Origin: Raja brachyura
Lineage: Eukaryota
Assembly (NCBI GenBank): GCA_963514005.1
Contig: OY740784.1
Span: 93,992,001 to 94,056,000, forward strand
Reading direction: 5' to 3'
Length of the DNA: 64,000 nucleotides
Shown: one piece after another, positions 1 through 12,981 of the stretch
How positions within the stretch are numbered: position 1 is the first letter of the stretch
How the letters are laid out: each line of letters starts with the position of its first letter
Notes under the pieces: model-generated
The model's input: the letters and a program-made list of their open reading frames with translations, nothing else
Told to the model about the DNA's origin: nothing
Database searches by the model: none
Made by a program: the position numbers and the translations under genes

Positions 1-1510
1 GTTTAAATTCTTCACGGATTGGGGGATGGTTGCACTTGTTTTGGGATGCATAGAGTACTATAACTTCTGATCCTTTCATACTGCAAAGTATTCAGGGATA
101 CAAAATTGAATTTGTTCACAAACTCCCCTTTCCTGTTCAGCATACACCTAGTCGAAAGTTTGTACTTTCACAGAAAGAAAAGACAGAAGGTCATGCTGAA
201 CTCTTAAGACTACATACAAAAGGGGTAATTGAGAAAACCAAAAGTGAGTCTCATGAGTTTGTATCGAACATCTTCACCAAAAATAAAAAAGACGGCAGAT
301 GCCGCATCACTATTGATTTGACAGAACTGACTTATTTCGTGCAGTACGCCCACTTCAAAATGGAAACTTTTGTTACTGCCAAACAACTAGTTTCCAAGAG
401 ATACATCATGGATTGCATCGACCTAAAATATGCATACTATTCAGTACCAATAGACAAAGATCATCGCAGATCTTTGAAATTTGTCTGGATGGGCAGCTCT
501 GGCAGTATAAAGCTTTGCCTAATGGATTATCATCAGCACCCAGACTGTTTACCAAATTATTGAAACCAGCGTGTCTCAGAAAACAAAAACATATTGTTAT
601 GGCATACCACGATGACATTTTAATCATGAGGAAAACTTTCGAGTTGGCCAAATTGGCTGTCTCAGCCTCTGAGCACTAATGTCAAAAACTGGGGTTTATC
701 ATCCATCCAGATAAGTCTGCCACCGAACAAAGTGTCAGACTTGATAGAAGCATGCAACAGCCTTACTGGCATCAGTAAACCGTCTATTCGGCAAGTAGCC
801 AGGGTCATTGGGAAGCTTGTGGCTGCCTTCCCAGCCACACAATTTGGGCCCTTGCATTACCAAAACTTACAAAGGGCAAAAATTGCAGCACTCAAACACC
901 ATGCTCGCCATTTTGACAGGCCAATGCAATTACTGGCAAAAGCAAAATTGGAATTACAATGGTGGATAGACAATGTTCGACATTGCTCTAATCCCATCAC
1001 AATCACGAATCCCTTGGTTATACTACAAACTGACGCCAGCGCTCAAGGCTGGGGAGCAACTAATACCACCTACAGTTGCGGTGGTAGATGGAATGCACAT
1101 GAATTAACCTTACTCCCGGCACTGGGAATTAATTATCTAGAAATGCTGGCAGCATTTCCTGGACTCCGGGCTTACTGTTCGGACATGCACCATCTGCACA
1201 TACGCTTACAAATTGATAATACCACTGTGGTGGCTTATATCAATCATATGGGTGGAATAAAGTCAATATCTTGTGATTAATTGGTCAATACAATCTGACA
1301 CTGGTGCTTAGAAAGGAACATTTGGATATCAGCCACTTACCTTCCAGATGGGCTAAATACAGTCGTGGACACCAAGTCACGCGAGTTTAATGACAACACC
1401 GAATGGATGTTGGACCGCAAAGTGTTTGCCGATATGATAGATCGGTATGGAACACCAGATATCGACCTTTGTGCATCCAGACTTAATCACCAAATACCAA
1501 CATATGATTT
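1..1510 (+). mobile_element. DIRS-type (tyrosine recombinase retrotransposon) pol relic: RT, RNase H and start of methyltransferase-like domain, frameshifted
   Basis: Motifs in order across frames: FVSNIFTKNKKDG..IDLTEL..HFKMETF, IDLKYAYYSVPI, ALPNGLSSAPRLFTK, AYHDDILI (YxDD). RNase H: LQTDASAQGWGA..INYLEMLA..LQIDNTTVVAYINHMGG. Then EWMLDRKVF..YGTPDIDLCASRLNHQ, typical of the DIRS MT region. Runs off the window start. Confidence 0.9.
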
Positions 1511-1961
1511 TTAGAGTACCTTTCCAATTCGTATCCCCAGCAATGATGCAGTACTTTGCCTCTTAGTACTGTTTAGACCCAGTCCTGTTTTCCAACCAAT
1601 CGGATATCCAAGTCTGGGCAGGGCCACAAACCACTAAGCTATTCTCGATGTCAGGCCAACTAAATGGTACCTAATGGTTAGATTTTGCAACAGCGCTGTC
1701 GACCTAGTTTTTAGGGGACGTCGAATCTTCGGGAAGGGAAGGACCTCAAACCCCAAAAAGGCAGGAACGCCCTCAGTGCTTGCTAGACTACTGTTTTACG
1801 ATCTCGTTGGTAACACCAACCCAAGTTCGCGAATGATCGATCCGCTCCGACTAGCGAAGTGGGAAGACCGATGCGAAAACCGCACAGTGGCACCGATTTC
1901 TCCCCTCGCAATCGCAGCTGAACACCCTCGATCGCAAACTTGTGTCTGGGGGTCCGTTGAG
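1511..1961 (-). mobile_element. ERV 5' leader and probable decayed start of gag
   Basis: Lies directly downstream of the PBS on the minus strand. From 1649 it reads IENSLVVCGPAQTWISDWLENRTG..NWKGTL, possibly a decayed MGNS gag start (inference). Confidence 0.5.
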
Positions 1962-1979
1962 ATCCTGGACGAGCCCCCA
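1962..1979 (-). promoter_or_regulatory. Retroviral primer-binding site complementary to tRNA-Pro
   Basis: Minus strand TGGGGGCTCGTCCAGGAT matches 17/18 of the MLV PBS-Pro TGGGGGCTCGTCCGGGAT and sits 1 nt after the LTR terminal CA. Confidence 0.9.
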
Positions 1980-1980
1980 A

Positions 1981-2760
1981 TGTAATTATGCTCCTAGGGC
2001 TAACCCCTTTAGTCTAGTTCAGTAAAACACCGAGTCAAGCACTGGACAACTAATTTTTTATTTTATGAATACGATTATGAAACAAATTTCCTATACGATA
2101 CCTAGCCACACCGCGGGATCAATCCTTGTCTCAATTTGTCCAAGCCCTTCAGCCTCGTGCAAGCAGATACTTCCAAAAGGTTACACAGTCCCAAGCGCTC
2201 CTCCAGAAGATCGACAACGAACCTCATGGGGGGTTACCATTTATAGGTCATCGAACCCTGTGGAGCAGATCTATATGGGGGTGGTACCCCTACAAACCAA
2301 TCACAGATATCGATTATAATAAAATGTTATTGACAGTCCCCCAACCCAATTAAAAAGCATCCCATTACAATGTTTCTACAGAAGCTTCTGGAAGGAAGTC
2401 AATCATTCAAGTAATGCAACATTCTCCTGGGGAGTATAAACAATTCAAACAAGGCTTCAAACTTCAGCCAGTCATCAAACAATAACACAAACATCTTATT
2501 GACAGTATTTACAAACCTTCTGCAGCCAGCCCATCGTGCTAATGCACTTGGCAACACCTTTGGGTTTCTCTGCAAAGTACTCATACATTTTAACAATAGT
2601 GAGGACATTTGGACCATACCTTATCTGATAGTTCAATCTAGGACCCAGACTAGCTGGTGCCAATTTGCAGCTTTCAGCTTTGCACAGAAATTGATCAAAC
2701 AGGTTTTGCAGATGCAATGATCCTCCATTTTATATATTTCTATTTTAGCCAATATTAACA
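1981..2760 (-). mobile_element. Endogenous retrovirus 5' LTR (~780 bp)
   Basis: Minus strand begins TGTTAAT and ends TTACA. TATAAA at 2245-2240, AATAAA at 2062-2057, followed by the PBS. Colinear similarity to 33842-34610. Confidence 0.85.
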
Positions 2761-3926
2761 AGTACACATGACAATAAACTAAATTTCACTAAACTAAAAG
2801 TTAAGGTATTTCTTACTGAGTTGTGGATAGGGAGTTCCAGGAATTAAACATGGTATCAATGAATTACGAGCTAGAACAAAATCTAAAAGCTGCAGATCCA
2901 AGAAGTCTTAAAAAAATACAGAAAACTGGAAGATGTCAGCAGATCAGACGGTATATACAAAGAGAGAAACAGAATTAACATTTCAGGTTCGGGTCGAGGC
3001 CCCTTAATTAAAACAAAAGATAATAATGAAGTTTTATTAGTAAGCTTCTCAGAATCTCTGCATCTCTGTAATTTGTAGGTTTAACAATCCCTGTTACCGT
3101 ATAAGTGTTAGTGTTTTAGATTTGATTCTCAATCTTACATTGTCTAAATAATTTGATTTTATCCAGATGCACCGCTGACCTGGGTAAATTTCACCCTCAT
3201 TAAACCTCGCACAGACCAGGTCATCCTGTTTAACCAGGCCAGTGATCTAGCTCCTGAGTTTCTCCCCATCTTCATCAATGTAACCATCATTGCATGATTC
3301 CCGTCTTCTCCTAGTGCATTTCCAGTTTCTCTTTAAATGCAGATGTGCTGTCGCATTTGAGGTTCGTCCATGGCTGTGAGTACCAGATTCTTGAAAATCT
3401 CTGGATTGAAAAAGTAGTTGTTTTGAATTTATTTTTTGATTTCTTGGTGACTGTCTTCAATTGATGACCTTTAAATTGCCATCTTTTCACACATCATGCC
3501 TTATAAATTCAATTCCAATGCTGCTCAATTGAAAATGAAAGCACCATTGCTAGTTGTCGGGTGTGTGTGATGCGCCTATCTTCACTAGTTAAGACCCAAT
3601 TGTATTGCCATATAAACGCTTGTTAGCAAATCTACTGTGTCAACGTGTTAACGATAGTAAAAATTGGCAAACAGAATTAAATAATATAAATGCATTTTAT
3701 ATAGTGTATTTTTCAAATTAGATGGTGCTACATTAATATGTGACCTACAGAGGGCAGTATAGACTCACTGTTACTTAACCTGACCAGTATGTTCCAGAAA
3801 CGCTGCCCCAATTTTAAACGATTTGTTCTCTATCCAGAATTGATTGTATTTAATATGAATGAATGAATCTGCGTTTTATAGACAAGTGCCCAAATCTGAC
3901 ATTTCTATGTAATTTTACCATGTTAA

Positions 3927-4084
3927 CATTTGAAAGTAAAGTGGATAGCTATATGGACAGGAAGGGTATGGAGGGGTATGGTCTGAGTGCAGGTAGATGG
4001 GACTAGGGGAAAATAAATGTTCGGCACGGACTGGAAGGGCCAAGAGGGCCTGTTTCCGTGCTGTAATTGTTATATGTTATATGT
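3927..4084 (+). mobile_element. CR1-clade LINE 3' end fragment
   Basis: Same 3' UTR and TTATATG tail as the copies at 26832-27473 and 46494-47020. Confidence 0.85.
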
Positions 4085-5599
4085 GTGTAACCTCCGCCTG
4101 ACTTTGACTGTTTTAACGAGGAAATGTTGATGTAAGTATCCTAGCTGCAAGGGCTGAAGAAATAATTGAATTCTCATGTGCTCAGACTTTGACTGGATTC
4201 AGAGTACCTCTACCTTCAGCTCCCGAGATTTGAAATAAATGGCAATAAAACACAGCTTTTTTTGTCATTTTTGTGGGGTTATCAATGTAGTGGTAGTAAA
4301 AAAACATGCACCTTCAGGGGAAGTATGATAAATGTTCCTTTTATAGCGGGAATATAAAAGCATTCTTGGACAGTGTACAGAAGGACAAAAGAGTGGGAGG
4401 ATAGCAAGTCTGTCCTATTTTATATCCATTTATATCAATTACTTAAAAAAGAGAAGGTAATATGTGCCTACTAAACTGGCTGCTTGATTTTCTTACTCTG
4501 CATCTGGGAAAAATGTATAAATCTGAGTGCAAAAAGAGAGGTAAATCACACTAAAAAAACTTTATTTTGCCCGTGAAAAGAATTATAGCGGCAGAATAAT
4601 GACTGAGGGCAAAATCTCGAAGGCCTCATCTCCTAGAGAACTGAAGAGGGCTATATTTTTCTCTCTTTGCTCATTTTAACAAAATTGTAGTTGCCTTTGA
4701 ACATTGGTATACTGCCAACTAGAAAGTAAAAAGTGGTGGTAGCATTACCTTGAGGATTTAATTTATCCAACAATGCTTCATAGAAATTAACATAAATTGA
4801 AAAAGGGAAAAATATATTATTAAGGTGATGTTAAATCGAGCATAAAATATTAATTTGTAATTAAGCAAGTGTAGTTATTCACTCCAGAGAATGGGTAAGG
4901 CGGCTGCTGGTACATTTCGCAGTCAGGAACGACATTTTTCAACAGTCACGCACAAGGCTTTCATTAGACAATGACTTTTATTGGTTTTTGCTCCACTGGC
5001 AAACAAAGGATTTCAGTTGGTTTTGTGATTACGTTTTCCTCTTCTATATTGTGGAATGCCATCTTTCACCTCTGCCAGGGTCAGACTGGTTAACAATGTC
5101 ACACCGAGTGGCTGCAGGCAGATGTAGCCAAGTCTACCATCTAAATGTTCACCTCAAAACTGCAGAGTTTGTTATCATCTCAATACCATGCTTTATATTG
5201 AGGGAGTACATTGTGATTATATTCTCACATACCCAGATATGATACTTAACTGGACATTGACTTTATGAAATAATCTATGGAAAAAATAGCATTGATTACT
5301 AAGTGACTCTGGTGCTAAATGCTGCTGAAATTAGCTGAGAAGCCCATTACTACCCATGGCATGGGTTTGATAGCTGGCTACTGTGCATCTCTCTGGCTGT
5401 TGGCACGCAATCTAAGTGCATGACTGTGCAACTAAATTCCACAATTTACGCTTGCACTGAAACCCTGAAATTGGCACCAATTCAGTGAATAATGGTGCTG
5501 GTCAATATTACGGCGACAATGTCACATATTGAGAAGGTGATCGACAAAAACAGCAACCAGATCTCTCCGTTATTGGAGAATTAACAATTCTCCAGGTTT

Positions 5600-5960
5600 T
5601 GAGGGTTCTTAAGCCAAGGTATTTAAAGAAGTAGGTGAGAAAATGGCATGTTATTTAATCATGACTTCAAAATCCTCTTGATTTATTAATTCATCCCTTA
5701 ATTCAGGAGATTATCAATGTCACTCCATTATTTGAGAAGGGTGGAAAGGATAAATCAGGAAATTATAAATCAATTAGTCTAGCATCTGTTCCGGAGGAGT
5801 TAGTAGAGTCTATCATGAGGGAGAGAATAACTAAGCACTTCGACACATATGAACTGGCAGAGAGAGCCAATATAGATTTTTAATGAGTACGTTTTGTCTC
5901 GGTTATTAAAATGGACTTCAAGAAGACTTTCAATAAAGACAGCAAAAATGAAAGCGTATG
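5600..5960 (+). mobile_element. Old CR1 RT fragment
   Basis: Encodes NVTPLFEKGGKDKSGNYKSISLASV, the CR1 'VTPLFKKG..PGNYRPISLTSV' motif. Confidence 0.7.
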
Positions 5961-6387
5961 TAATTGGCGGCAGATTTTCACTATATGTATTCATGACAAT
6001 AGAGGCCCAAATACCTTGCTCTTACAATTACACTAGACCCGCTTGTGGGGGGGGAGGGGGGGGGGGGTGGGGTGGGGGGGTGCGGCATGCGGCGTCACAC
6101 ACACACACTAACCACCACCCCCCACGCAAATGCACTAACCCCCCCTTGATATCTTCTATACTATTACTAAAAGTCTCATCTTGACCACTTCCTGTCTATG
6201 TTGTAAATACATTTTTTTTAACACATTTATTGACATAACAAAATACAAATACAGACAAAACAAAGAGACACACAAAAGGCAATTGCAAAATGACAAAATA
6301 CAAATCACCTAACCTCTATTTGCATCACATCGGATCCTCTTAACATTCTATTATAGAAGCATCTTATTCACAGGCACCATAGCAAGC

Positions 6388-9300
6388 TCATCCATTCATA
6401 TCCTTAATCAATCTTGGCATTTGTAAAAGTACCGGTTTCCATATAATGTTAAAGGCCTTGGCCCTCAACTGGAGCTTAGCAGTTATACTTTCCATCAAGT
6501 ATACATTGTTCAATCTTTCCCTCCACTGTTGAACATTTGGTGGCATTTCCTTTCTCCATAGCACTGTTATCATCTTTTTAGCAATCAACAGCATCACCCC
6601 AAGCAAATATTTCTGATTTTGAATATCTGTTGCTGCTGGAGTATCTCCTAATATAAAACAAGTCTGTTCCAAAGGTAGATCTACTCCCAGAATCAATTTA
6701 ATCTCTACCTGGATGTCTCTCCAGTATTGGTACAATTTGGGACATCCTAAAAAATATGTGTGTGAACACCGATCTTCCCACATTGTCTCCAGCATAAATT
6801 TGAGGTGTTACTGTATCTGGCCAACACTAAAGTGGTCCTAAATATTCTCATTTTAATTTTCCAGTTGAACTCCCTCCAAGCTTGTCAGCTTATGGCCCAA
6901 GAGACATGTCCTTTCCAATACAATACAATACAATACAATACCGTTTATTGTCATTTGAACCTCATTGAGGTTCAAACGATATTTAGTTTCTGCAGTTATA
7001 CAAACATGAAAAGAACCAAGACACAACACAATTTACACAAACATCCATCACAGTGAATCTCCTCCTCACTGTGATGGAAGGCAAAGTCTTATCTCTCCCC
7101 TGCACTCCCCATTCTCCTCCCGATGTCAGAGTCAAAGCCCCCAGCGGGCGATGGTAAATAAGTCCCGCGGCCATTCAGGCCGCGCCGGGGGATGCAAGAC
7201 CGCGCTCCGGGTCTTGATGTTAGAGCCCCCGGCGGGCACTAGCAAGTCCCGCGGCCATTAAAGCTGCACCGGTCGATGTCAGGCCCCACTCCAGGTCATT
7301 TTCGACCCCGCAACTCGGGCAGGAGAAGTTGCCACCGCGGGGGCTCCAAAAAGCGGTCTCCCACCAGGGACCCGTGAGCTCCCGGTGTTACCATCCACCG
7401 GCCTGCAGCTGGACCCTCCGAATCTCCGGGGTCGGGTAGTAGCAGCGCGCCACAACCGCTCCTCCCGTTCCGAACTCGGCCAGCTCCACGATGGTGAGTA
7501 GCCCGCAGCTCCACAACTGGAGCCCCAGGTCCGGTTGGAGGCCGCTCCACGGTGCTAGGCCCCGACGCCAACGGAGACCCGACAGAGGAAAGGTTGGGTC
7601 CTCCATACAGGGAAAAGATTTCCACCCCACACACATATCCAGCTAAAAAAACCCCACTAACTACACTCAAACAAGACAAAAAATAAAAAAAGACAGACGG
7701 ACTGCAGAGGCCGCTGCGACGAGAGTTGCACCGCCCACTTTTCATCTGTAATAATAATGTTCATTTCCAATTCCCATTTCTGTTTTGTTTCTATAGTATT
7801 TCCTTTTATATAATCTTGAAGTCCTCGATATAAATGGGATATCAAATTATTTTGTAACACTCCCTCTATAGTCATCAAGAAAGTATTTTCCAAATTTGAA
7901 GGTAGTCTACACATCTGCTCCCAATCTACATGTGTCTGTAAGTAGTGCCGTATTTGGAGAAACCTAAAGAAATCCGACCCTGACAGTCCAAATTAATTCT
8001 GCAAGTGCTCGTAAGATTTCAAGGCTCCCCACAAAAAGCTGGTCCTCAGTAATAAGTCCTTTATCTGCCCAGTTTCTAAATCCCTTATCAATTTTGCTGG
8101 GTATAAAATTAGGACTAGCAGCTATCTTCATTGCTCTAGATATCGAATTAAAAAGATTAAATTGCTATCTGATAGCTAACCACGTTTTCATCGTGAATAT
8201 AATCCAATCGTTATCTACTTTTAATTTGTTCCAATTTACTTAAGTTAGAAATGGGAGCCCAGCCAGGGCAATACTAGGACATGCACTTTGTTCTACTTTC
8301 ACCCATCCCGTTTCTTCATCGTTCGTTAACGATGCTATCAAGGTTCTCAGCTGCGCTTCCCAATAATAATATTTAAAGTTGGGCATATTTAGGCCCCCTT
8401 TTTGTTTTGATAACAACAGTGTCTTAAGTCTGATTCTGGGTCTCATATTTTGCCACACAAATCTTGTTAACTGTCTTAATGCCTTAAATGCCGCGCCAGG
8501 GGCCTACTGGTAAAGATTGAAATAAGAAAAGCAGTCAGGGCAAAATGTTCATTCGAACAACTTCCACTCTACCAATTAAAGATAAAGGGAGAATATCCCA
8601 TCTGTGCATGCCTACCTTAATATTCTTGAGTAATTTGCCATAGTTAGCTTCATTCAATGCAGTGATAGAGGAAGTGATGACAATGCCTAAATATCTAAAA
8701 CCCTCCCGAGACCAATGGAACCTGACCTGATCATTTAATTGCGAGGGCCACAGACCTGACAGCATCATTGCTTTTGATTTTGAGTCATTTATTTTATATC
8801 CCAATATTTCTCCATATTCCTGTAAGACTTGCAATAGATGAGGCACTTCGGAAATAGGATTACTCACATAGATCATAACATCATCTGCAAATAGTGACAT
8901 TTTTTGTTCCCCCCCCCCCCCCCCCCCGATCATCTTTAATGCCCTCAATATAGTCATCTTGCCTAATAGTTTCTGCGAGCAGATCTAAACATACGCTAAA
9001 AAACAGGGGACTCAAACTCCCTGTCTAACTCGCCTCTCAAAAAACTCAGAGCAACATCCAGTTACCCTCACTCTTGACTTTGGATTTAAATATAATGTTT
9101 TCACCCAATTAATACATTTTGTGTGGAACCCCATTTTATCTAGTGTATATTCAAGATAGACCCAATCTACTCTGTCGAAAGCCTTTTGAGCATCTAAACT
9201 TAATAGCATTGAAGTCTGATGCTTCCTTTTTGCACATGTCATGATATTCAGGACTAATATTATTGGCTCCCTGTCTGCCCGGTATGAACCCTGTTTGATC

Positions 9301-10649
9301 AGGTTGTATCAATTGTTTTATAATTTTTTGGGTTCTCTTGGTTAATATAGCACTGAGTATCTTTAAGTCATTGCATAAGAGACTTATCGGTCTGTAGCCT
9401 TCACATCCTGTGGGATCCTTCCCTTCCTTATAAATAACAGAGATTATAGCCTCTGCCCATGATCTCGGTGGGTTACCTTCAGCCAAGGCATAATTATAGA
9501 CTCTAGCCAGAATCGGAGAAAGCTCGTTCTCAAAACATTTATAAAACTCTCCTGGAATCCCATCCGTCCCTGCGGACTTCTTGTTCTTTAATTTTTTTAT
9601 TACTTCTTTTATTTCCTGCTCTTTTATTTGTGTTGTCATATTTCTTGCTTCTTCTTGAGAAAGGCAGGGCATTTTTAATCCAGAAAAGAAAGTTCTGATG
9701 TTTTCCTCTTTATCTATGATTTCAGGAGAGTCGTATAACTATTCATAGAAGGATGCAAACGCTTCTCTGATTTCTCGTGGTTGAGAGGCTAAATTTCTAG
9801 ATATCGGATGTAGAATTTTGAAACTACTCGATTAGCTTGCTCCTTACGCAATTGAAATGCCAGAAGGCGACTAGCCCTATTTCCCTTCTCATAGTATTTT
9901 TGATTTAAAAATCGAAGGGCTCCTTCCGCTTTATATGTTAGAAGCTCTTCTAACTCATGTCTTTTTTGTTTTAGTTCCTTTGACAAATTCTTGTTTCTAT
10001 TATTATTTTTGTGTTCTACTTCTAATATCTTTATTTTACTTTCCAAGTCAGATTGCTTCTTCAACCTATTCTTCCTTACTCTACTCGATATTTCAATCAT
10101 TTTGTCCCTTATTACTGCTTTTGCACCATCCCAAAGAGTGGATAATGTTATTTCACTATTGTCATTGTAGCATATTATTTAATATTTTGTTTCTTTTTTG
10201 TTTGGTTGTACTCATCTGGTAATTCTATCAAGCCTCCCATCAATGACTGCATTGAAATCACCACCTAGTATTATCTTACCTTTGGCATTTTCTTCAATTA
10301 TATCTGCAATGTCTCCAAAGAAAGAGTAATCATCTTCCGTTGGTGTATAAATATTTATAATCGATACTACCATCCCACTCCCCAAAGTATCTTGAAGTAC
10401 TTTTTCCACAGAGAAAACTACATTTCTATTGAAAAGAATAGCCACTCCTCTTCTTTTCCCATAGGAGGCACTAAATACCTCACCAACCCACTCTTTTCCA
10501 AGCTTTTTATGTTCAGTTTCCACCAGATGCGTTTCCTGAATCAATGCAACTCCACATCCTAAATTTTTGAGTTAGCTCAGAATTTTTCTCCTCTTTATGG
10601 GGTGATTTAAACCGTGGATGTTATAACTTACTATCTTTAAATTAGTCAT
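6388..10649 (-). pseudogene. L1 ORF2 (APE endonuclease, RT, C-terminal domain), disrupted
   Basis: MTNLKIVSYNIHGLN..IQETHL..ILGGDFNA; KSAGTDGIPGEFYK, YRPISLL, DQTGFIPGR, LDAQKAFDRV, LFADDV, FRYLGI. Many frameshifts and one insertion. Confidence 0.92.
6918..7737 (-). mobile_element. Non-autonomous GC-rich SINE-like retroelement inserted in L1 ORF2
   Basis: Interrupts ORF2 after IIITDEKW. Ends in a hairpin, TGACAATAAA and a (TATTG)n tail. Shares 5' and hairpin motifs with 45122-45664. Confidence 0.7.
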
Positions 10650-11349
10650 TATCTCACATTGCGTAAATCTACTAGTTGCTTTCTATACCATTTTTGTTTC
10701 TTGCTCTGGTTAGCCTGTGAATACCCGCTGTACTCAAAATATAATTTACTAGGGTGCGATGTAACAATGAAAAACATTTGCCAAACTAACAAATCAATAA
10801 ACAATAAACAAATCATTAAATCAACATACAATAAAACAAATAAATACAATACACATTGGACCAAAAAACAATAAAGAAAAAAGGGACTTCCTACCTAACA
10901 AACCTATCTGGACACCCTAAACTAGGTGGTGTACCAGCTCCTCGTAAAAAGGCGAAGAGATGTGACCAGGTCTCTTCTGGGTAGCCCACTTATGTGTGGT
11001 TGCAACTACAGTAAGGTTGCTCTAAATCCCACTTTAGGACTTTTGAATTACAATTATAAACAAAAATAAATGGCAGGTATCTCCCCCCCACCCGAGAGAG
11101 CCCCCCTTAATCCCTCTCTTTGATAGTACATTTAAATCAATTAGAAGATATAATACATTACAAAGCCAGCCGTATATGTGCTGTAAAACATGGCATAATT
11201 ACCCTTCGTCAAGAAAACAAAACAGAACCAGAGAGTATATGTACAAACTATTTACATATTATTTGTCTCATCTTATACTATTATCTGATCGTATAGACGT
11301 TAATTGTCCATTTCATTAACTCAATGGTCTCTTTCAGACATTTTACCAT

Positions 11350-12563
11350 ATGACCCACGTTTCTGTGCTTATTTCAAAACTCTCTATAGTCCATCTCCTA
11401 TGATACCCAGTATGGTGCGAAGATCTTCCTCTGACAGATTTGCCAATCCTCTCTGGCCGCCTGCTTTATTCGTCCCCCCGACCAGTGGTCTCACAGCAGT
11501 TCTCTATTCAACACATCTCTGGACTCCGATCTGATGTAAATCCCCATCTTCTCCAGTGTAGGTACTGCCTCAGTCAATGTCCTGAAGGATTTAACTCCAG
11601 AATCTAGAAAGATCTTGAGCTGTGCCGGGAATGGAGACTTGGCATTAATATTTCTCTCCCGTAGTTGCTTAATCACCTGTCGTACCTCCTTACGCTTTCT
11701 CTGGACTTCTGGCGAGTAGTCTTGATCAAAATACGCTGCTTCCAGCCTGTTGCAACACAAGATCTTTCGTATAATATTCTAAAAATCTGACTATTAATGA
11801 TAGAAACATAGAAACATAGAAATTAGGTGCAGGAGTAGGCCATTCGGCCCTTCGAGCCTGCACCGCCATTCAATATGATCATGGCTGATCATCCAACTCA
11901 GTATCCCGTACCTGCCTTCTCTCCATACCCCTCTTAAATATAGCCAATGAACTGGCCTCAATTACCCTCTGTGGCAGAGAGTTCCAGAGACCCACCACTC
12001 TCTGTGTGAAAAAATGATCTTGGTGGGGCTAGCTCTGCACTCGGTCTAGCTGCAATGGACCTATGTGCTCTCTCTATATTTATAGTTAAATCTTCCGGGA
12101 GTTCTAGGAAATTCCTCAACAGTTCATTTACAAACTGGAAGATGTCCTTTTTTCCCTTTCCTTCTGTGATTCCATATATCTGCACATTTTTACGCCTCGC
12201 TCGATTTTCCAGGTCCAGACATTTCTCTGTTAACTTAGCTTCTCTCTGTAACAGGTGGTTAATCACTCTCTCGTGTCTCCTTTCCTTATCTTCTGTTGAA
12301 CTTACTCTGACCTCCATTTCCTTCAATTTTCCTTTCAGCTTTTCCATTTGAGCTGTTAAATCCTTCATTTTATCCTCCACTCTCGTTAATCTCTGTTTGG
12401 TATCTTCTGAGGCTTCTTTGTGTTCTTTTCTCAACTTTCTCAACTGCGAGAGAATTAACGAGCTTTCCTTATCAGACTCGGCATCTTGCGGAGAGGCTGT
12501 TAGGTTCTGACCTTCATTCTTTCCTTTTCCTCCTTGCTCAGATGACTTATGTCGACCCATCAT
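11350..12563 (-). pseudogene. L1 ORF1 (coiled coil, RRM, CTD), interrupted by CR1
   Basis: DLENRARRKNVQIYGI, IERAHRS..PRS | LIVRFL, FDQDYSPEVQRKRK, FPAQLKI. 3' end approximate. Confidence 0.9.
11802..12012 (-). mobile_element. CR1 3' fragment inserted in L1 ORF1
   Basis: (TTTCTATG)n tail; AATGAT duplicated at 11796-11801 and 12013-12018. Confidence 0.88.
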
Positions 12564-12981
12564 GTTCAGACAGCCATTAGCACTCCTTTCTCCTCGTAAA
12601 TCACAGTATTTATCTTTCTTGTGGCTGGTTTGAAGATGGCCTCCCGGAGAGCAAGTCGATTACACAGCCTTCACTGTCATGGCGTCACCGGAAGTTGTAA
12701 ATACATTTTAATAAAAATGCTACCCTATATCGTTATGATTTTTTTCAGCATCTTACTCACCGTCCTCCTCTCCTCCAACCGCCCCAAGGTTTCTTTCCGA
12801 TTGGTGAAATAATAAAAAGTTATGAATGTTTAAAAAATCTTGAGATCAGCAGATTGGTCTTCTCGCCTGTCAGTCACCATGATGAAGGTAACGCCCCTTC
12901 CGGGGGGCCAGGAGAATAAAGCCCTGTAGGCCAGACATGAGTCAGTTACCCCGGAAGACTGTGAGTGAGAGTTGAGTCCTA

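Larger units (their letters stand above)
6216..12693 (-). mobile_element. Full-length but decayed L1-clade LINE (ORF1 + ORF2) with ~16 bp TSD
   Basis: GTTGTAAATACATTTT at 6200-6215 and 12694-12709. 5' end CTTCCGGTGACGCCATG, ORF1 and ORF2 motifs, short A tail. Confidence 0.92.

Noticed and set aside
2890-3010. Additional hammerhead copies here and near 35040-35080
   Set aside because: They resemble old Penelope pLTRs but the catalytic core is too degenerate to call.
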